Source: Eledone cirrhosa (lineage: Eukaryota). From it: DNA of 64,000 nucleotides. Of this stretch, positions 36,573 through 52,500 are shown in pieces. The stretch lies in NCBI GenBank assembly GCA_964016885.1, contig OZ024761.1, forward strand, positions 3,472,001 through 3,536,000, written 5' to 3'. The stretch's first letter is position 1; each line of letters opens with the position of its first letter. Below the pieces are notes generated by a model. It made no database searches and was not told the origin of the DNA. It saw nothing but the letters and a program-made list of their open reading frames with translations. A program made the translations under genes and the position numbers.

Positions 36573-37265
36573 AGCCCATTAAACATTGATATAAGAAAAC
36601 AATTTCTTACCGCTGTCAAAAATCATGTCCGTAAAGTTGGTCTCTCCCACCTCGAATGACCACTAAATTTGAAATTCCAGCAGTTTTTGACTGAGGAAGT
36701 ATCATAGCGACACGAAGCGGGAAGGGGAGACAACCCACGAAATGAGGAAAAAAATAATAATATACACGCGGGTTAGTTAGTTTTTTTGAAAACATTATCA
36801 ATCCAACGTGTTTAAGAACTCAATTGAAAATAAAAAAATAAATATATGCTTGTATAAATTACACACGCATATAGATATTTTCTTAGGCTAAATCAGAAGT
36901 TGTACCCGAATAAGAACCGCTTCTCATAACCGCAGTAAATGCAGAAAGTTATGCTATAAAGGGCAAATGGGAATATAATTCTCCGGCCGAATTATTAAGA
37001 GTAAAATATAAAACACACGCGGGTTAATTAGTTATTTCAAAACCAATATTAATTCCTCGTGTAAAGAACTCAATTAATAAAAGAAAATAAATACATATAT
37101 GCATGTAATTATATACTTAGGCATATATATATATTTTCTTAGGCTAAAAAACAGAGAAGTTACAACCCAAAAAAAGCCACAATATTTCACAACAGTAATA
37201 AATACGGAAAGCCAAATTCATAAGGTACCTGGAAATAAACACCTCTGGCCATTCAAGAGTAAAAC

Positions 37266-37330
<65 letters not shown>

Positions 37331-37410
37331 ATAATATTAATAAATGGAAAATATCTTTATAATTTTTCAAAACTCAGAGGAAATATAAAGATATTTTCCA
37401 TTTATTAATA

Positions 37411-37716
37411 TTGTTTCTACTTTAGGCACAAGGCCAGCAATTACCCAGTGCATTACTGGTACTTTATTTTATCGACCCCGTAAGGATGAAAGGCAAAGTC
37501 AACCTCGGCGGGATTTGAACTCAGATCGTAAAGGGACGTAACTATGCTGGAAAGCATGGCGTCCGACACTCTATCGATACTGCCAATTATTAATATTATT
37601 GATATTAATGATACGCCGAGGTTGACTTTGCCTTTCATCCTTACGGGGTCGATAAAATAAAGTACCAGTAATGTACTGGGTAATTGCTTGCCTTGTGCCT
37701 AAAGTAGAAACAATTA
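37411..37716. mobile_element. Two copies of the same SINE in inverted orientation
   Basis: Full copy at 37411-37589 (-) and partial copy at 37614-37716 (+). Confidence 0.85.
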
Positions 37717-38173
37717 ATGATACTCCGGATAAAACCGTTGAGTGCTTCTAATCTGTTGTAAAATTAACTTTGTTGAATAATCAACAAACCAATTAACTCA
37801 TTGTTTATATATATATAAATTTGATAAATTCCGGCCTTACACACTTACACCTCTCTAAGACAATGTCACTGGACCGAGATCTTTGGCGCTACGCCGTAAT
37901 AGAGAAAACCCGCCTTGCCTAAGTACAAAGCGAAACCTACAGTCAGTAGTCACCTCTTAACCAAATATATACCCCATCCCACTACCCCTACTCCACTGTG
38001 TTTTTCAGGGGAATTCAGACTGTTTTTCAGGGGAATTGTTTGTGTTTTTCTGTTGTTTGTGGTTGAACAGTTGTTTGTTTTTGTGTGTTTGCTCGTTTTG
38101 TGTGTTGTTGTTGTTGTTGTGGTTTTGTTGGTGTTGGTAAAAGTACTTTTTGTGGGGTGGTGGTGTTTGTTCG

Positions 38174-38830
38174 TTAGAAGGGACAGGAGGCCTTTAAATG
38201 CGATGTGCTCGCGCATCTAAAACAATGTGGCCTTCCCACATCTGCCGAAATGTGGATGTAATTGGTAACGTCTACTGGCACCCTTTCTAGTATCTTGGAA
38301 ATTCTGTCCGGTTTCATTTGGACCAAAATTTCCAAGCTTGTGCCGTTCCAGGTGTTTCTTGTGGATTTTTGAATTGACAGTATTGTGTCTTCATCTTCCT
38401 CCAAGGACCCTGCCAGAATCCACCAGATGTTAATGTTGGGTGGTATATTGGTGATGTTTATTCTTTGTGTTCTTTTTCCCATGTATGTAGGGAAAAAGGT
38501 GTGTGTGGCAGAGGTGACCGGTGTCACTGAGTGTTTTTTCGCAAGGGCCTCACTTTTGAAGAGCACCGAAATGCTTCCATACAGTTTAGCCCTTTGTATG
38601 AATTGTATTTCCGTCATTGTCTCTTTCAAGACGATTTCAATTTCGCCTTAAGTAAGGAAAGCTGGGTTTTTTTTTGTTTGTTCAAAATCGTGCGAAAAGT
38701 CACAGTCTTTCGTCTAGTGTCGGCTTTGACTTGTGGCGAAGAGGTTATTTTAAATCCCCCTTTTTCCTCGAAGGTAATATATTTGTTTCCTTCTTTGATC
38801 ATTTCCTTCGCATTGGAAATATCAATATTT
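38174..38830 (-). mobile_element. Gag-like/ORF1 remnant with CCHC zinc knuckle (probably L1/Tx1 type)
   Basis: ORF 38174-38629 ends GRPHCFRCASTSHLKASCPF (C-x2-C-x4-H-x4-C) after an RRM-like RINITNIPP segment. Confidence 0.7.
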
Positions 38831-40959
38831 GTAAAAGTTCTATAACAAAATACTGGTGTGTATGAATATAACAAAGATGCTCGGTTGTGTATATAACGTT
38901 TAATTAACAAGTTGAGGTTATGTATAGTTGACATGTCAATGAGTAGTAGATGAAAGAATGAAGTAAAGTTATTTGTTTCCGTTTTGAAGTTAGCTCGCAA
39001 GAGGCCATGTTAGGGTTGCCAGACGAACGCGCCTGGTCGAAGGGCCAGGCAGGTTAGAAGGCCAGGAGCCGAAAGGCAAATGAGAGGTAGAGAGCTGAAA
39101 GTTATTCCCTTTATAGGTCCTGGGACGGAAGTGACAAAAAGGGCTCTGCCACCCCAACGGGAAGCAACTCCAGCTACTTCCTGTCTAGAGAGCGTTACTC
39201 TATTGGTGATGTGATCGTCACAACAAGGGAGGCAACTCTTGCTACATTATCCCCCGCCAGATTTTTAAAACATAAAAATCGAATGAAACATGTATGGAGT
39301 AAGATGGCGAGCATGTAACAGGCATGAAAATTACGAAAAAAATAATGTTTGCAATAAAAGGAAAACAGCAAAATATATGCATGCAAAAATCAATGATAGA
39401 TATCAAGGTAGCCAACCGCTCTTGGCCAGAGAACGACTGGACATCTATCTATCCGTCACTCAAAGATACAATGTAATCAAAGTAAAAGAAGAGGTCAAAG
39501 TTCAAATGTTCAAAATACAGTTCACAGGTGTGCAATCACATGACAGCAGGAAAGAAAGTGTGTTCCAGAGAATGAATGCAGGTGGTTTCTGGTCTATGGT
39601 ATAACGTTAAATTTCCAACCTCCGAAGGGATTTTCTCACAGGAAGAGTGCTGCAAAAATAAATTCTCTGACTTTTTCTGTTGGCTTTGGTTTTTGATGAA
39701 GCTGTGTTGCTGTTGATGTTGTTGTCTCGCGGAGTGAGCGTATTCGATGTTTAAATTCACAGTAAAAATTTTCCCAGTGCTAAATATAACAGCCAAAGTT
39801 GATGGTCGATGTTGAGAATGCGTTGACCTGGCAGGGTCAAGAGGCCAGCGACCAAAGAAATAAGCATTCTGAATAAATGCGCAGTTTTCAACGGCAAATT
39901 TACGTGGTAAATTTTTAAACCGGCAAATAGGAGAATATAGCTTAAGGCTGGAGAATCCTTGGCGAGAAACATTATCGATGGCGTGTGGTATCTCAGTGAG
40001 TCGAGATGTGTGCTGCCTACACTTGCTGAAACAAGGTTAAGTTGAAAGAAATATTTCTATCGCGCGATAAAATGGCGCGAAAATGATAGTGCAACAAGTC
40101 GTTGACAGCCATTTTGAAAAATGTGTGTGTGAATGTGACAATATGATGAAAAAGAAAGAAAGGCTTCACTTAGTATAACAAAGTTATACTAAGTTCAATT
40201 TTTTTTGTGAACGATGAAAAAAAAACTTGGTGGAAAGAATAAGCAATAGTTGAGATTCAGCAAAAATAAATGTTCATGTTGAAAAAGAGTCTGTCTGAAC
40301 GAGAATTTCACATGTGCGTGTGCTCGTTTCTGTGTCTGAGTATTTTTCCTAGTTCGTTAATAAAGTTTGCTGCGTATTCGAAATGTTGGTCGACACATTC
40401 CCACGAAAATGGGGTACTGCTAATTAATTTTCTTTTTTCCATACTCACATAACACCAGATTCTGTTATTTTTTTCTTTTCTATTCGGGGTCACCACTTTA
40501 TTGTGGCAAAAGATTTTTTATGGTTGCTGTTGTTGTCGTTGTTGTTTTTGTTGTTCTCAGTTGCTTGATTTGTGGTTGTGGAGTTCATTTGTGAAGTTGT
40601 TTTTTTCTTGTTCAATTATTTTTTGTGCCGTATATTTCCATACTTTTGTTTTGGTGTGATTTTTCTCGGTCACTACTCCCTGTTGTCATAGTGACATTCA
40701 TTTCAACGCTCCCATTTCCATTTATAGCGGGAAGCGCTTCAATTTTATCATTCATGCTTAAAACAATTTGTTATAAATTTTTATGAAAATTTAAATTTTC
40801 GCCCCTGGGGTGGGTGGGGGGATATTTCAATGACCCACCCACTGACAATTTAGTCGGAGGGTCAATCTATACAGTGGTATATTTTTTTAAAACAATAATT
40901 TTTGTTTTTTATATGTAAAAAGACAAAAACGTACCAGCTCGACTGGTACACAACTTCAG

Positions 40960-43900
40960 ACAGACAAAGATAGATAGATTTCTTTATTTGCCACAAGGGC
41001 GCACAAGAAAAGGGGACAATACAAAGACATGCCGGGGATTTTACATAAAGTCGTGTAAAAAATATAAAACAAACAATTATAACAATCGAAATCCTCAATA
41101 AGGGGGAAGCGCCACAAATGGGTTGTTTAATACCCCGTCGATAGAACAACCCTCAACTTCAGGAGTGTATTGTGCAAGTGCTCCTTTCTTCCTTTTGCTC
41201 TCTTCTTTAACCTACAGGCTTATAAACAGGCCATTTTTGCCACATTCACCCACCTTTCAGTAAATTTACTGGGGTGCAGTGCCTCTCTCTCCACTCTGAT
41301 TCTCCTTCTAAAGTGATACTTAAAGAAGGGAATCAATTGTTGTCCGGAGAGAAAGGCATCTGCCCTCAGTCCTCTCAATCTCGTCCACCATATAACCTCT
41401 TTCACCATAGCCACTGTACAGAGGAAAACCGCCTCTCTTTCATTTTTGAAAGAGGCTGGCGGTTTGATCCTTACTATGGACTCGGCAGTCAACTGGATTT
41501 GTCCCATACGCGACAGCAGTTGTTCTACATAGTTCCACAGGTCGGTTACGCCCGGGCAGTGTACAATTGCGTGCAGGACGGTTTCAATGCTCTGCGCGCA
41601 TTTTGGACACGTCCTCTTGGAAGGATCCCTGTCGGGGCGTCTGTGCCTGTAGATCTTGTCACGAACTGGTAGAGCTCCTCGGTAGCACTGCCAGGCCAGG
41701 GACCTCTGGATGTTGTCCATAGGTCCCGGGCGGAAAGTCCTACCAAACAGACTGGTGAGCTCATCGTCTTCGACGCCCAGAATCTCTCGCCCGCTTGCCA
41801 GAGGACTGTGAGAGCCTGAGCGCATTCAATGTGCCAGGCGCCCATCGTTTTCGGTCTTTTCTTGACCCAGGATTGCAGCTCCGTCAGCGAGACGAGCTGC
41901 GGGAAAGCCTGTCTCACAAACGGTGCCCAAACCGGTTGGGGGTCGGTGAGGAATACCTGGAGATGCCGCAGCCTCAGCACATGTTTGCGCATCATCAGCC
42001 ACGGCATTCCCAGCCCTCCGTTGGAAGGGTGCTGACAGCAGACGGATCTCCTCACCAGCGGAGCCTGCTTCTTCCACAGAAACTGGAAGAGCATGCGTTT
42101 CATCTTGGCAAGGTGTTCACGGGGACAAGGCACGACAGTCAAGCGGTAGTAGATGACGGACGCTATGAAAGTGTTCGCCAACACCGCTCGACCTTTCAAG
42201 GGCAGTTTGCACTCGGCCCACTTCTGGTGAGCGCAAACACCTTGGCCGTGACCTCGTTCCAGTTTTTCTCCACCTGGACGGCCTAGACTGAACCAGACCC
42301 TAAGCAATTTCACCGGTCCGTCCAGCGTCCAACGACGCTGTCGGACGTCATCGGTTGCCTCTCCACGTACCGAGTTGCAAACCGACAGACTTGTCCGGGT
42401 TTAGTTTGGCTCCCGTCAGCGTTTCGTATTCTTTCAGTAAGTTTCCGATCACCCGATTTCCGAGGTGCTCGACACCATTACCGTCACGTCGTTGGCACAA
42501 GCCGACGCCGCTTTGCGCAGTCTCGGTTCTAGAGGGATGCCCTGCAACAGCTCCAATTTCCGCAGTAGTGGCTCTAGAGGGCATCCTTGTCGAATGGAAC
42601 GCGTGATTGCGAACGGCTCCGATAGGTAGCCATTCACCTTGACCCTCGAGCAGATGCTGGTGTGCATCGCCTCGATCCAGCCTCTGAAAACGGGTCCGAA
42701 ACCGGCCGCCTTAAGAACCGCTTCCAAGTATCGATGGTCGACCCTATCGAATGCCTTAGACTGATCTAAATTGATCGAGCCCCACCGAAGCCGAGTTTAC
42801 TACCCACCCTCTCTATGATGTATCGCATGAGGTGGAGGTTGTCGTGTATGGACCTGGTCGGGATTGCACACGTTTGCGCTTTCCCTACCAGGGTCTCGAC
42901 GACAAGCGCCAACCTCGTCGCTAGCACCTTGGCCAAAATCTTTAACTCTGTGTTGAGCAGAGTTATGGTCCTGAAGTTGTTAATTTCGTCCCCCTTGTTC
43001 TCGTCTTTCCTGATCAACTTTACTACGCCCTTGCCTGCAGAACTGGGAATTCTCCCGTTCTGCTGCCAATTGCAGTAGACGGCTTCGAGGACGCCAGAGA
43101 ACAAGTCCGACATGCCTATGTAAAACTTATAGGGTAGACCATCTAGACTTCCCGCAGCCCAGAGCGTCCCGTATCTCAGTGTCCGTGATCTGTCTTTCGC
43201 AGAACTCGGCGTCCGTGTTTGATAGACGCGGCAGGCCGTCGAGGTATGAACTAAAGTCCATTGCCCCATTCGGCTCACCGTCGTTCTTCTCAAATAGTCG
43301 CGCAAAGTGCTGCTGAAAGGCCGCACACATTTGTTTGGGGTCAAGTAGCACACGTCCGTTTTGGTCTTTCAAAGACCGAATCGTGGACTTGTTGCCACTT
43401 TTCGCCTCCGCCACTCGAGCCGAGCTGACAGCTTTCGCTCCTTCGTTTCCTAGAGCACGTGTTTTGCTTCTGACCACGCAGCCTTCGTGTTTCGCGTCGA
43501 AGAACTGGTCCAGTGCCGTTCTCGACGCTAACACTCTAGCCGCGTTGCCACTTCTAAGTGCCTCCTCTACCTTGGCTACTAGTTCTCTTTCTATTTTGTT
43601 TTTCTCTAAGGCTAAATCTCTGCTAAACCATATCGATTCTACTCTAATTGCTTTCTTGAGAGAGTACCACCATCTATTGTTGACGATTGCTCCCGTTAAC
43701 TGTTGCTTGATTAGTCTACTTATCCGTTCACTGTAATCTTTACGTGCCGGCAACGACACGTTCAGCTTCCAGTATCCGGGTCCCTGTCTATGTGTTCTAT
43801 CGCGGTTCACTATGCAGACGACTAATTTGTGAACTGAATATGCAACCATGTGCATTAGTGGATAGATACACACACATATAGACAGACAGACAGATAGATA

Positions 43901-43990
43901 GATTTTCTAGGGACGTCCCGCTCCTTGCTATTAGTGGGGGACTGGAATGGTATCCTAGATGCACGCTGGGACTACGTAGGGGCCTGTCCA
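40960..43990 (-). mobile_element. Tx1/L1-clade LINE, frameshifted ORF2 and 3' UTR
   Basis: GPGYWKLN, NFRTITLLNTELKILAKVLA, RSIRQGCPL, GGLGMP and the C-terminal zinc finger CPKC..ETVLHAIVHCP; tail next to (TCTA)n/(TCTG)n. Confidence 0.93.
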
Positions 43991-43995
43991 GATAA

Positions 43996-44069
<74 letters not shown>

Positions 44070-44423
44070 GTTTCTTTATTAGCCACAGGGGCACAAAAGA
44101 AGGGGACAAATACAAAGGGGGAAGTTTACATACAATAAAATAGATAGATAGATAGATAGATAGATATATATATAGATAGATAGATAGATATTTCTTTATT
44201 AGCCACAAGGGCGCACAAGAAAAGGGGACAAAACAAAGACATGCCGGGGATATTACATACAATCGATAGACAGCGAGACACATACACAACGAAATTTTGT
44301 TCATGTAACTGTTCATTGAAATTGAACTTAAAACAAACAAAAAATCCATCCATCTTTTGAATTAATAATTTATCAAATCTTAAAAGTGGTATTACAAAAT
44401 TTAAGGAAAAAGAAAAAAAAATC

Positions 44424-44496
44424 AGGTTTCGGCGAGGCTCGAACTCGCGGCCTTCTGCGTGTGAAGCAGACGTGATAACCACTACACCACGAAACC
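44424..44496 (-). tRNA. trnV-CAC: tRNA-Val(CAC)
   Basis: Reverse complement is identical to 31954-32026; shares the 5' flank tcaact and an oligo-T 3' flank. Confidence 0.95.
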
Positions 44497-44527
44497 AGTT
44501 GAGATGAGAAGCTATAGTTATATATAT

Positions 44528-44822
44528 ATAGGGGAAGATTGTTGTACTGTTGCTTGGTGTATATAGTGGTGTATATATTGTATATATATATATAGATACA
44601 TGTATATATAGGTGATAATTGTTCTATTGTTGCTTGGTGTATATGTATATTTATATATATAGACGAAGACTGTTTTATTGTTGCTTGGTGTATATAATGG
44701 CGTATATTGTATATAGTGGTGTATATAGTGTAGATATGTATATACATGTATAAATAGGTGAAGATTGTTCTATTGTTGCTTGGTGTATATAGTGGTGTAT
44801 ATGTATATATATACATATACAC

Positions 44823-44863
<41 letters not shown>

Positions 44864-45000
44864 ATACGCCATTATATACACCAAGCAACAATAAAACAGT
44901 CTTCACCTATTTATACCAGATAGAAAAATGCGTACATGTATATATAGGTGAAGACTGTTTTATTGTTGCTGGGAGTATATAATGGCGTATATTGTGTGTG
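44528..45000. repeat. Degenerate ~75-85-bp repeat, tandem copies plus one inverted copy
   Basis: gaagattgttctattgttgcttggtgtatatagtggtgtata recurs; the inverted copy lies at about 44858-44912. Confidence 0.8.
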
Positions 45001-45085
45001 TATATATATATATATATTATGGAATACTGTTGGCTTCTTGCTACAATACTTTCTATACCTTTCATTTATATATATATATATATAG

Positions 45086-45200
45086 TTATATGAAAGACGT
45101 AAAATAAGAAAATTTTAAAAATTAAAAATTAACTTACTTACTTAGTAAGTAAGTTAATTTTTAATTTTTAAAATTTTCTTATTTTACGTCTTTCATATAA
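45086..45200. repeat. Perfect 115-bp AT-rich palindrome
   Basis: 57-bp arms around 45143, next to (TA)n. Confidence 0.9.
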
Positions 45201-45855
45201 TTGTTCTGCACCCACCTGCCTAGAACCACCTAGGTACTTTGACATAACTTATATATTTGCTAGCATTAGTGTACATCTGTACGCATATGTTGGTAATGTA
45301 CTAATTCTCTCTATATATAGTTATATATAGCTTAACACTGTTTTAGTGTTGCTTGGTATATATAATGGTGTATATTGTAGATATATATACATACATACAT
45401 ACATATATATAGCTTAACCCTGTAATATTATTGTTTGGAGTATATAACGGTGTATATTGTTTGTAGGTAACAATGAAATATATATATATACGTGTATATA
45501 TGATTCGAAATATACGATGAAGGTTATATACTCCTTGAATATATATATATTTACATATTTAGTATGACTATATATTCAAGGCCTAAATTTATATATACGT
45601 GCTGTATATATAATATACATGCTGTATGTTATATATACATGCTGTATATTATATAAATATAGTTTATCGTATATTATATAGCATGTATGTGTATATAAAT
45701 TTAGGCATTGAATATATAGGCGTGTTTAGTGTGTAAATATATATATACCTGAACACATTATATACACCACAACACATTATACACACTAGACACATTATAC
45801 ACACTAGACACATTATATAAACGCAACACATTATACACACTAGACACATTATGGA

Positions 45856-46033
45856 TTGGCAGTATTGGTAGAGGGTCGGACGTCATGCTTTCCAGCATAG
45901 TTACGTCCCTTTACGATCTGAGTTCAAATCCCGCCGAGGTTGACTTTGCCTTTCATCCTTACGGGGTCGATAAAATAAAGTACCAGTAATGCACTGAGTA
46001 ATTGCTGGCTTTGTGCCTAAAGTAGAAACAATT
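45856..46033 (+). mobile_element. tRNA-derived SINE with Nin/Deu-like central domain
   Basis: A-box tggcagtattggt, B-box gagttcaaatccc and core gcctttcatccttacggggtcgataaaataaagtaccag. Confidence 0.85.
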
Positions 46034-46542
46034 ATATATACCAAAACACATTATATACACCACAACACATTATATACACTAGACTCATTATATATACCTA
46101 AACACATTATATACACCACAACACATTATATATACTCAACACATTATATACACTCAACACATTATATACACTAGACACATTATAAATACCTAAACACATT
46201 ATATATACTCAACAAATTATATACACCACAACACATATACACCACAACACACTATATACACTCAACACATTATATACACTAGACATGTTTACGTAGTCTC
46301 GCTTAGCCCTGTATATATACAGAGATTTAATTCTAATTGTTAATTGGTCTTGATTGAACTGACCTATATTTATAGACGTTCCAACTGTGACCATCCACAT
46401 TTTTTAAAAGTTGACAATAAAATAATGTTTAAACTTTCAAACATTTAATCACTGACGATCCGTCCCAACACAATATGTCATCAGAGTTGATAACGTTAAA
46501 CATTAATATATCAAAACTTTATCACAAGAACATTTGGCGAAT

Positions 46543-49500
46543 ACACACCAGCAGGTAATACATACATGTAGGACCACATACAACACACGAGCAGGTAATA
46601 CACACATCTAGGACCACATACAACACACCAGCAGGTAATACACACATCTAGGACCACATACAACACACTAGCAGGTAATACACACATCTAGGACCACATA
46701 CAACACACCAGCAGGTAATACACACATCTAGGACCACATACAACACACCAGCAGATAATAGACACATCTAGGACCACATACAACACACAAGCAGGTAATA
46801 CACACATCTAGGACCAAATACAACACACAAGCAGGTAATACACACATCTAGGACCACATACAACACACAAGCAGGTAATACACACATCTAGGACCACATA
46901 CAACACACAAGCAGGTAATACACACATCTAGGACCAAATACAACACACAAGCAGGTAATACACACATCTAGGACAACATACAACACACAAGCAGGTAATA
47001 CACACATCTAGGACCACATACAACACACAAGCAGGTAATACACACATCTAGGACCAAATACAACACACAGTCAGGTAGTACACTAATCTAGAACCACATA
47101 CAACACACAAGCAGGTAATACACACATCTAGGACCACATACAACACACAAGCAGGTAATACACACATCTAGGACCAAATACAACATAAGCAGGTAATACA
47201 CACATCTAGGACCACATACAACACACAAGCAGGTAATACATACATGTAGACACACATACAACACACCAGCAGGTAATACACACATCAAGGACCACATACA
47301 ACACACAAGTAGGTAATACACACATCTAGGACCACATACAACACACAAGCAGGTAATACACACATCTAGGACCAAATACAACATAAGCAGGTAATACACA
47401 CATCTAGTACCACATACAACACACCAGCTGGTAATACACACATTTAGGACCACATACAACACACCAGCAGGTAATACACACATCTAGGACCACATACAAC
47501 ACACCAGCTGGTAATACACACATATAGGACCACATACAACACACAAGCAGGCAATACACACATCTAGGACAAAATACAACATAAGCAGGTAATACACACA
47601 TCTAGGACCACATACAACACACAAGCAGGTAATACATACATCTAGGACCACATACAACACACAAGCAGGTAATACACACATCTAGGACCACATACAACAC
47701 ACCAGCTGGTAATACACACATCTAGGACCACATACAACACACAGTCAGGTAATACACTAATCTAGGACCACATACAACACACAGGCAGGTAATACACACA
47801 TCTAGGACCACATACAACACACCAGCGGGTAATACACACATCTAGGACCACATACAATGCACAAGCAAGTAATACACACATCTAGGACTACATATAACAC
47901 ACAAGCAGGTAATACACACATCTAGGACCACATACAACACACAAGCAGGTAATACACACATCTAGGACCAAATACAACATAAGCAGGTAGTACACACATC
48001 TAGGACCACATACAACACACAAGCAGGTAATACATACATGTAGACACACATACAACACACCAGCTGGTAATACACACATCTAGAACCACATACAACACAC
48101 CAGCAGGTAATACACACATCTAGGACCACATACAACACACCAGCTGGTAATACACACATACAACACATCAGCAGGTAATACACACATCTAGGACCACATA
48201 CATCACTCCAGCTGGTAATACATAGATCTAGGACCACATACACCACACAAGCAGGTAATACACACATCTAGGACCACATACAACACACAAGCAGGTAATA
48301 CACACATCTAGGACCACATACAACACACCAGCAGGTAATACACACATCTAGGACCATATACATCGCGCCAGCAGGTAATACACACATCTAGGACCACATA
48401 CAACACACAAGCAGGTAATACACACATCTAGGACCATATACATCGCACCAGCAGGTAATACACACATCTAGGACCACATACAACACACAAGCAGGTAATA
48501 CACACATCTAGGACGACATACAACACACAAGCAGGTAATACATACATCTAGCACCACATACAACACACAAGCAGGTAATGCACACATCTAGGACCACATA
48601 CATCGCACAAGCAGGTAATACACACATCTAGGACCACATACAACACACAAGCAGGTAATACACACATATAGGACCACATACAATACACAAGCAGGTAATA
48701 CACACATCTAGGACCACATACAACACACCAGTAGGTAATACACACATCTAGGACCACATACAACACACCAGCAGGTAATACACACATCTAGGACCACATA
48801 CAATGCACAAGCAGGTAATACACACATCTAGGACCACATACATTGCACCAGCAGGTAATACACACATCTAGGACTACATACAACACACAAGCAGGTAATA
48901 CATACATCTAGGACCATATACAATACACAAGCAAGTAATACACACATCTAGGACCACATACAACACACAAGCTGGTAATACATACATCTAGGACCATATA
49001 CAATACACAAGCAAGTAATACACACATCTAGGACCACATACAACACACAGGCAGGTAATACACACATCTAGGACCACATACAACACACCAGCAGGTAATA
49101 CATACATCTAGGACCACATACATCGCACCAGTAGGTAATACACACATCTAGGACCACATACAATACATAGGCAGGTAATACATACATCTAGGACCACATA
49201 CAATACACAAGCAGGTAATACACACATCTAGGACCACATACAACACACAAGCAGGTAATACATACATCTAGGACCATATACAATACACAAGCAAGTAATA
49301 CACACATCTAGGACCACATACAACACACAAGCTGGTAATACATACATCTAGGACCATATACAATACACAAGCAAGTAATACACACATCTAGGACCACATA
49401 CAACACACAGGCAGGTAATACACACATCTAGGACCACATACAATACACCAGCAGGTAATACATACATCTAGGACCACATACATCGCACCAGTAGGTAATA

Positions 49501-52500
49501 CACACATCTAGGACCACATACAATACATAAGCAGGTAATACATACATCTAGGACCACATACAATACACAAGCAGGTAATACACACATCTAGGACCACATA
49601 CAACACACAAGCAAGTAATACACACATCTAGGACCACATACATCGCACCAGTAGGTAATACACACATCTAGGACCACATACAACACACAAGCAGGTAATA
49701 CACACATCTAGGACCACATACAACACACCAGATGGTAATACACACATCTAGGACCACATACAACACACAAGCAGGTAATACACACATCTAGGACCACATA
49801 CAACACACCAGCATGTAATACACACATCTAGGACCACATACAACACATAAGCAGGTAATACACACATACAATACACCAGCAGGTAATACATACATCTAGG
49901 ACCACATACATCGCACCAGTAGGTAATACACACATCTAGGACCACATACAATACACAAGCAGGTAATACATACATCTAGGACCACATACAATACACAAGC
50001 AGGTAATACACACATCTAGGACCACATACAACACACAAGCAGGTAATACACACATCTAGGACCACATACAACACACAAGAAGGTAATACATACATCTAGG
50101 ACCACATACAATACACCAGCTGGTAATACATACATCTAGGACCACATACAACACACCAGCAGGTAATGCACACATCTAGGACCACATACAACACACAAGC
50201 AGGTAATACACACATCTAGGACCACATACATTACACAAGCAAGTAATACACACATCTAGGACCACATACAACACACCAGCAGGTAATACACACATCTAGG
50301 ACCACATACAATACACAAGCAAGTAATACACACATCTAGGACCACATACCACACACAAGCAGGTAATACATACATCTAGGACCACATACAACACACAAGC
50401 AAGTAATACACACATCTAGGACCACATACAACACACAAGCAGGTAATACACACATCTAGGACCACATACAATACACAAGCAAGCAGGTAATACACACATC
50501 TAGGACCACATACACCACACAAGCAGGTAATACACACATCTAGGACCACATACAACACATAAGCAGGTAATACACACATCTATGACCACATACAACACAC
50601 AAGCAGATAATACACACATCTAGGACCACATACAACACACCAGCAGGTAATACACACATCTAGGACCACATACAACACACAAGCAGATAATACACACATC
50701 TAGGACCACATACAACACACAAGCAGATAATACACACATCTAGGACCACATACAACACACAAGCAGATAATACACACATCTAGGACCACATACAACACAC
50801 AAGCAGATAATATACACATCTAGGACCACATACAACACACAAGCAGGTAATACATACATCTAGGACCACATACAACACACCAGCAGGTAATACACACATC
50901 TAGGACCACATACAACACACAAGCAGGTAATACATACATCTAGGACCACATACAACACACCAGCAGGTAATACACACATCTAGGACCACATACAACACAC
51001 CAGCAGGTAATAGACACATCTCGGACCACATACAACACACCAGCAGGTAATACACACATCTAGGACCACATACAACACACCAGCAGGTAATACACACATC
51101 TAGGACCACATACAACACACCAGCAGGTAATACACACATCTAGGACCACATACAATACACAAGCAGGTAATACAGACATCTAGGACCACATACAAACAAC
51201 ACACAAGCAAGTAATACACACATCTAGGACCACATACAACACACAAGCAGGTAATACACACATCTAGGACCACATACAACACACCAGCAGGTAATACACA
51301 CATCTAGGACGACATACAACACACCAGCAGGTAATACACACATCTAGGACCACATACAATACACAAGCAAGTAATACACACATCTAGGACCACATACAAC
51401 ACACCAGCAGGTAATACACACATCTAGGACCACATACAACACACCAGCAGGTAATACACACATCTAGGACCACATACAACACACCAGCAGGTAATACACA
51501 CATCTAGGACCATATACAACACACAAGCAAGTAATACACACATCTAGGACCACATACAACACACCAGCAGGTAATACACACATCTAGGACCACATACAAC
51601 ACACAAGCAGGTAATACACACATCTAGGACCACATACAACACACCAGCAGGTAATACACACATCTAGGACCACATACAACACACAAGCAGGTAATACATA
51701 CATCTAGGACCACATACAACACACCAGCAGGTAATACACACATCTAGGACCACATACAACACACCAGCATGTAATACACACATCTAGGACCACATACAAC
51801 ACATAAGCAGGTAATACACACATCTAGGACCACATACAACACACAAGCAGGTAATACATACATCTAGGACCACATACAACACACCAGCATGTAATACACA
51901 CATCTAGGACCACATACAACACATAAGCAGGTAATACACACATCTAGGACCACATACAACACACCAGCAGGTAATACATACATCTAGGACCACATACAAC
52001 ACAAAAGCAGGTAATACATACATCTAGGACCACATACAACACACCAGCATGTAATACACACATCTAGGACCACATACAACACATAAGCAGGTAATACACA
52101 CATCTAGGACCACATACAACACACCAGCAGGTAATACATACATCTAGGACCATATACAACACACAAGCAAGTAATACACACATCTAGGACCACATACAAC
52201 ACACCAGCAGGTAATACACACATCTAGGACCACATACAACACACAAGCAGGTAATACACACATCTAGGACCACATACAACACACCAGCATGTAATACACA
52301 CATCTAGGACCACATACAACACATAAGCAGGTAATACACACATCTAGGACCACATACAACACACCAGCAGGTAATACATACATCTAGGACCACATACAAC
52401 ACATAAGCAGGTAATACACACATCTAGGACCACATACAACACACCAGCAGGTAATACATACATCTAGGACCACATACAACACACCAGCAGGTAATACACA

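Noticed and set aside
38845-40500. LTR retrotransposon (minus-strand purine tract then TGTAGC near 39246)
   Set aside because: No second LTR or gag/pol similarity was recognisable, so it is too weak to call.
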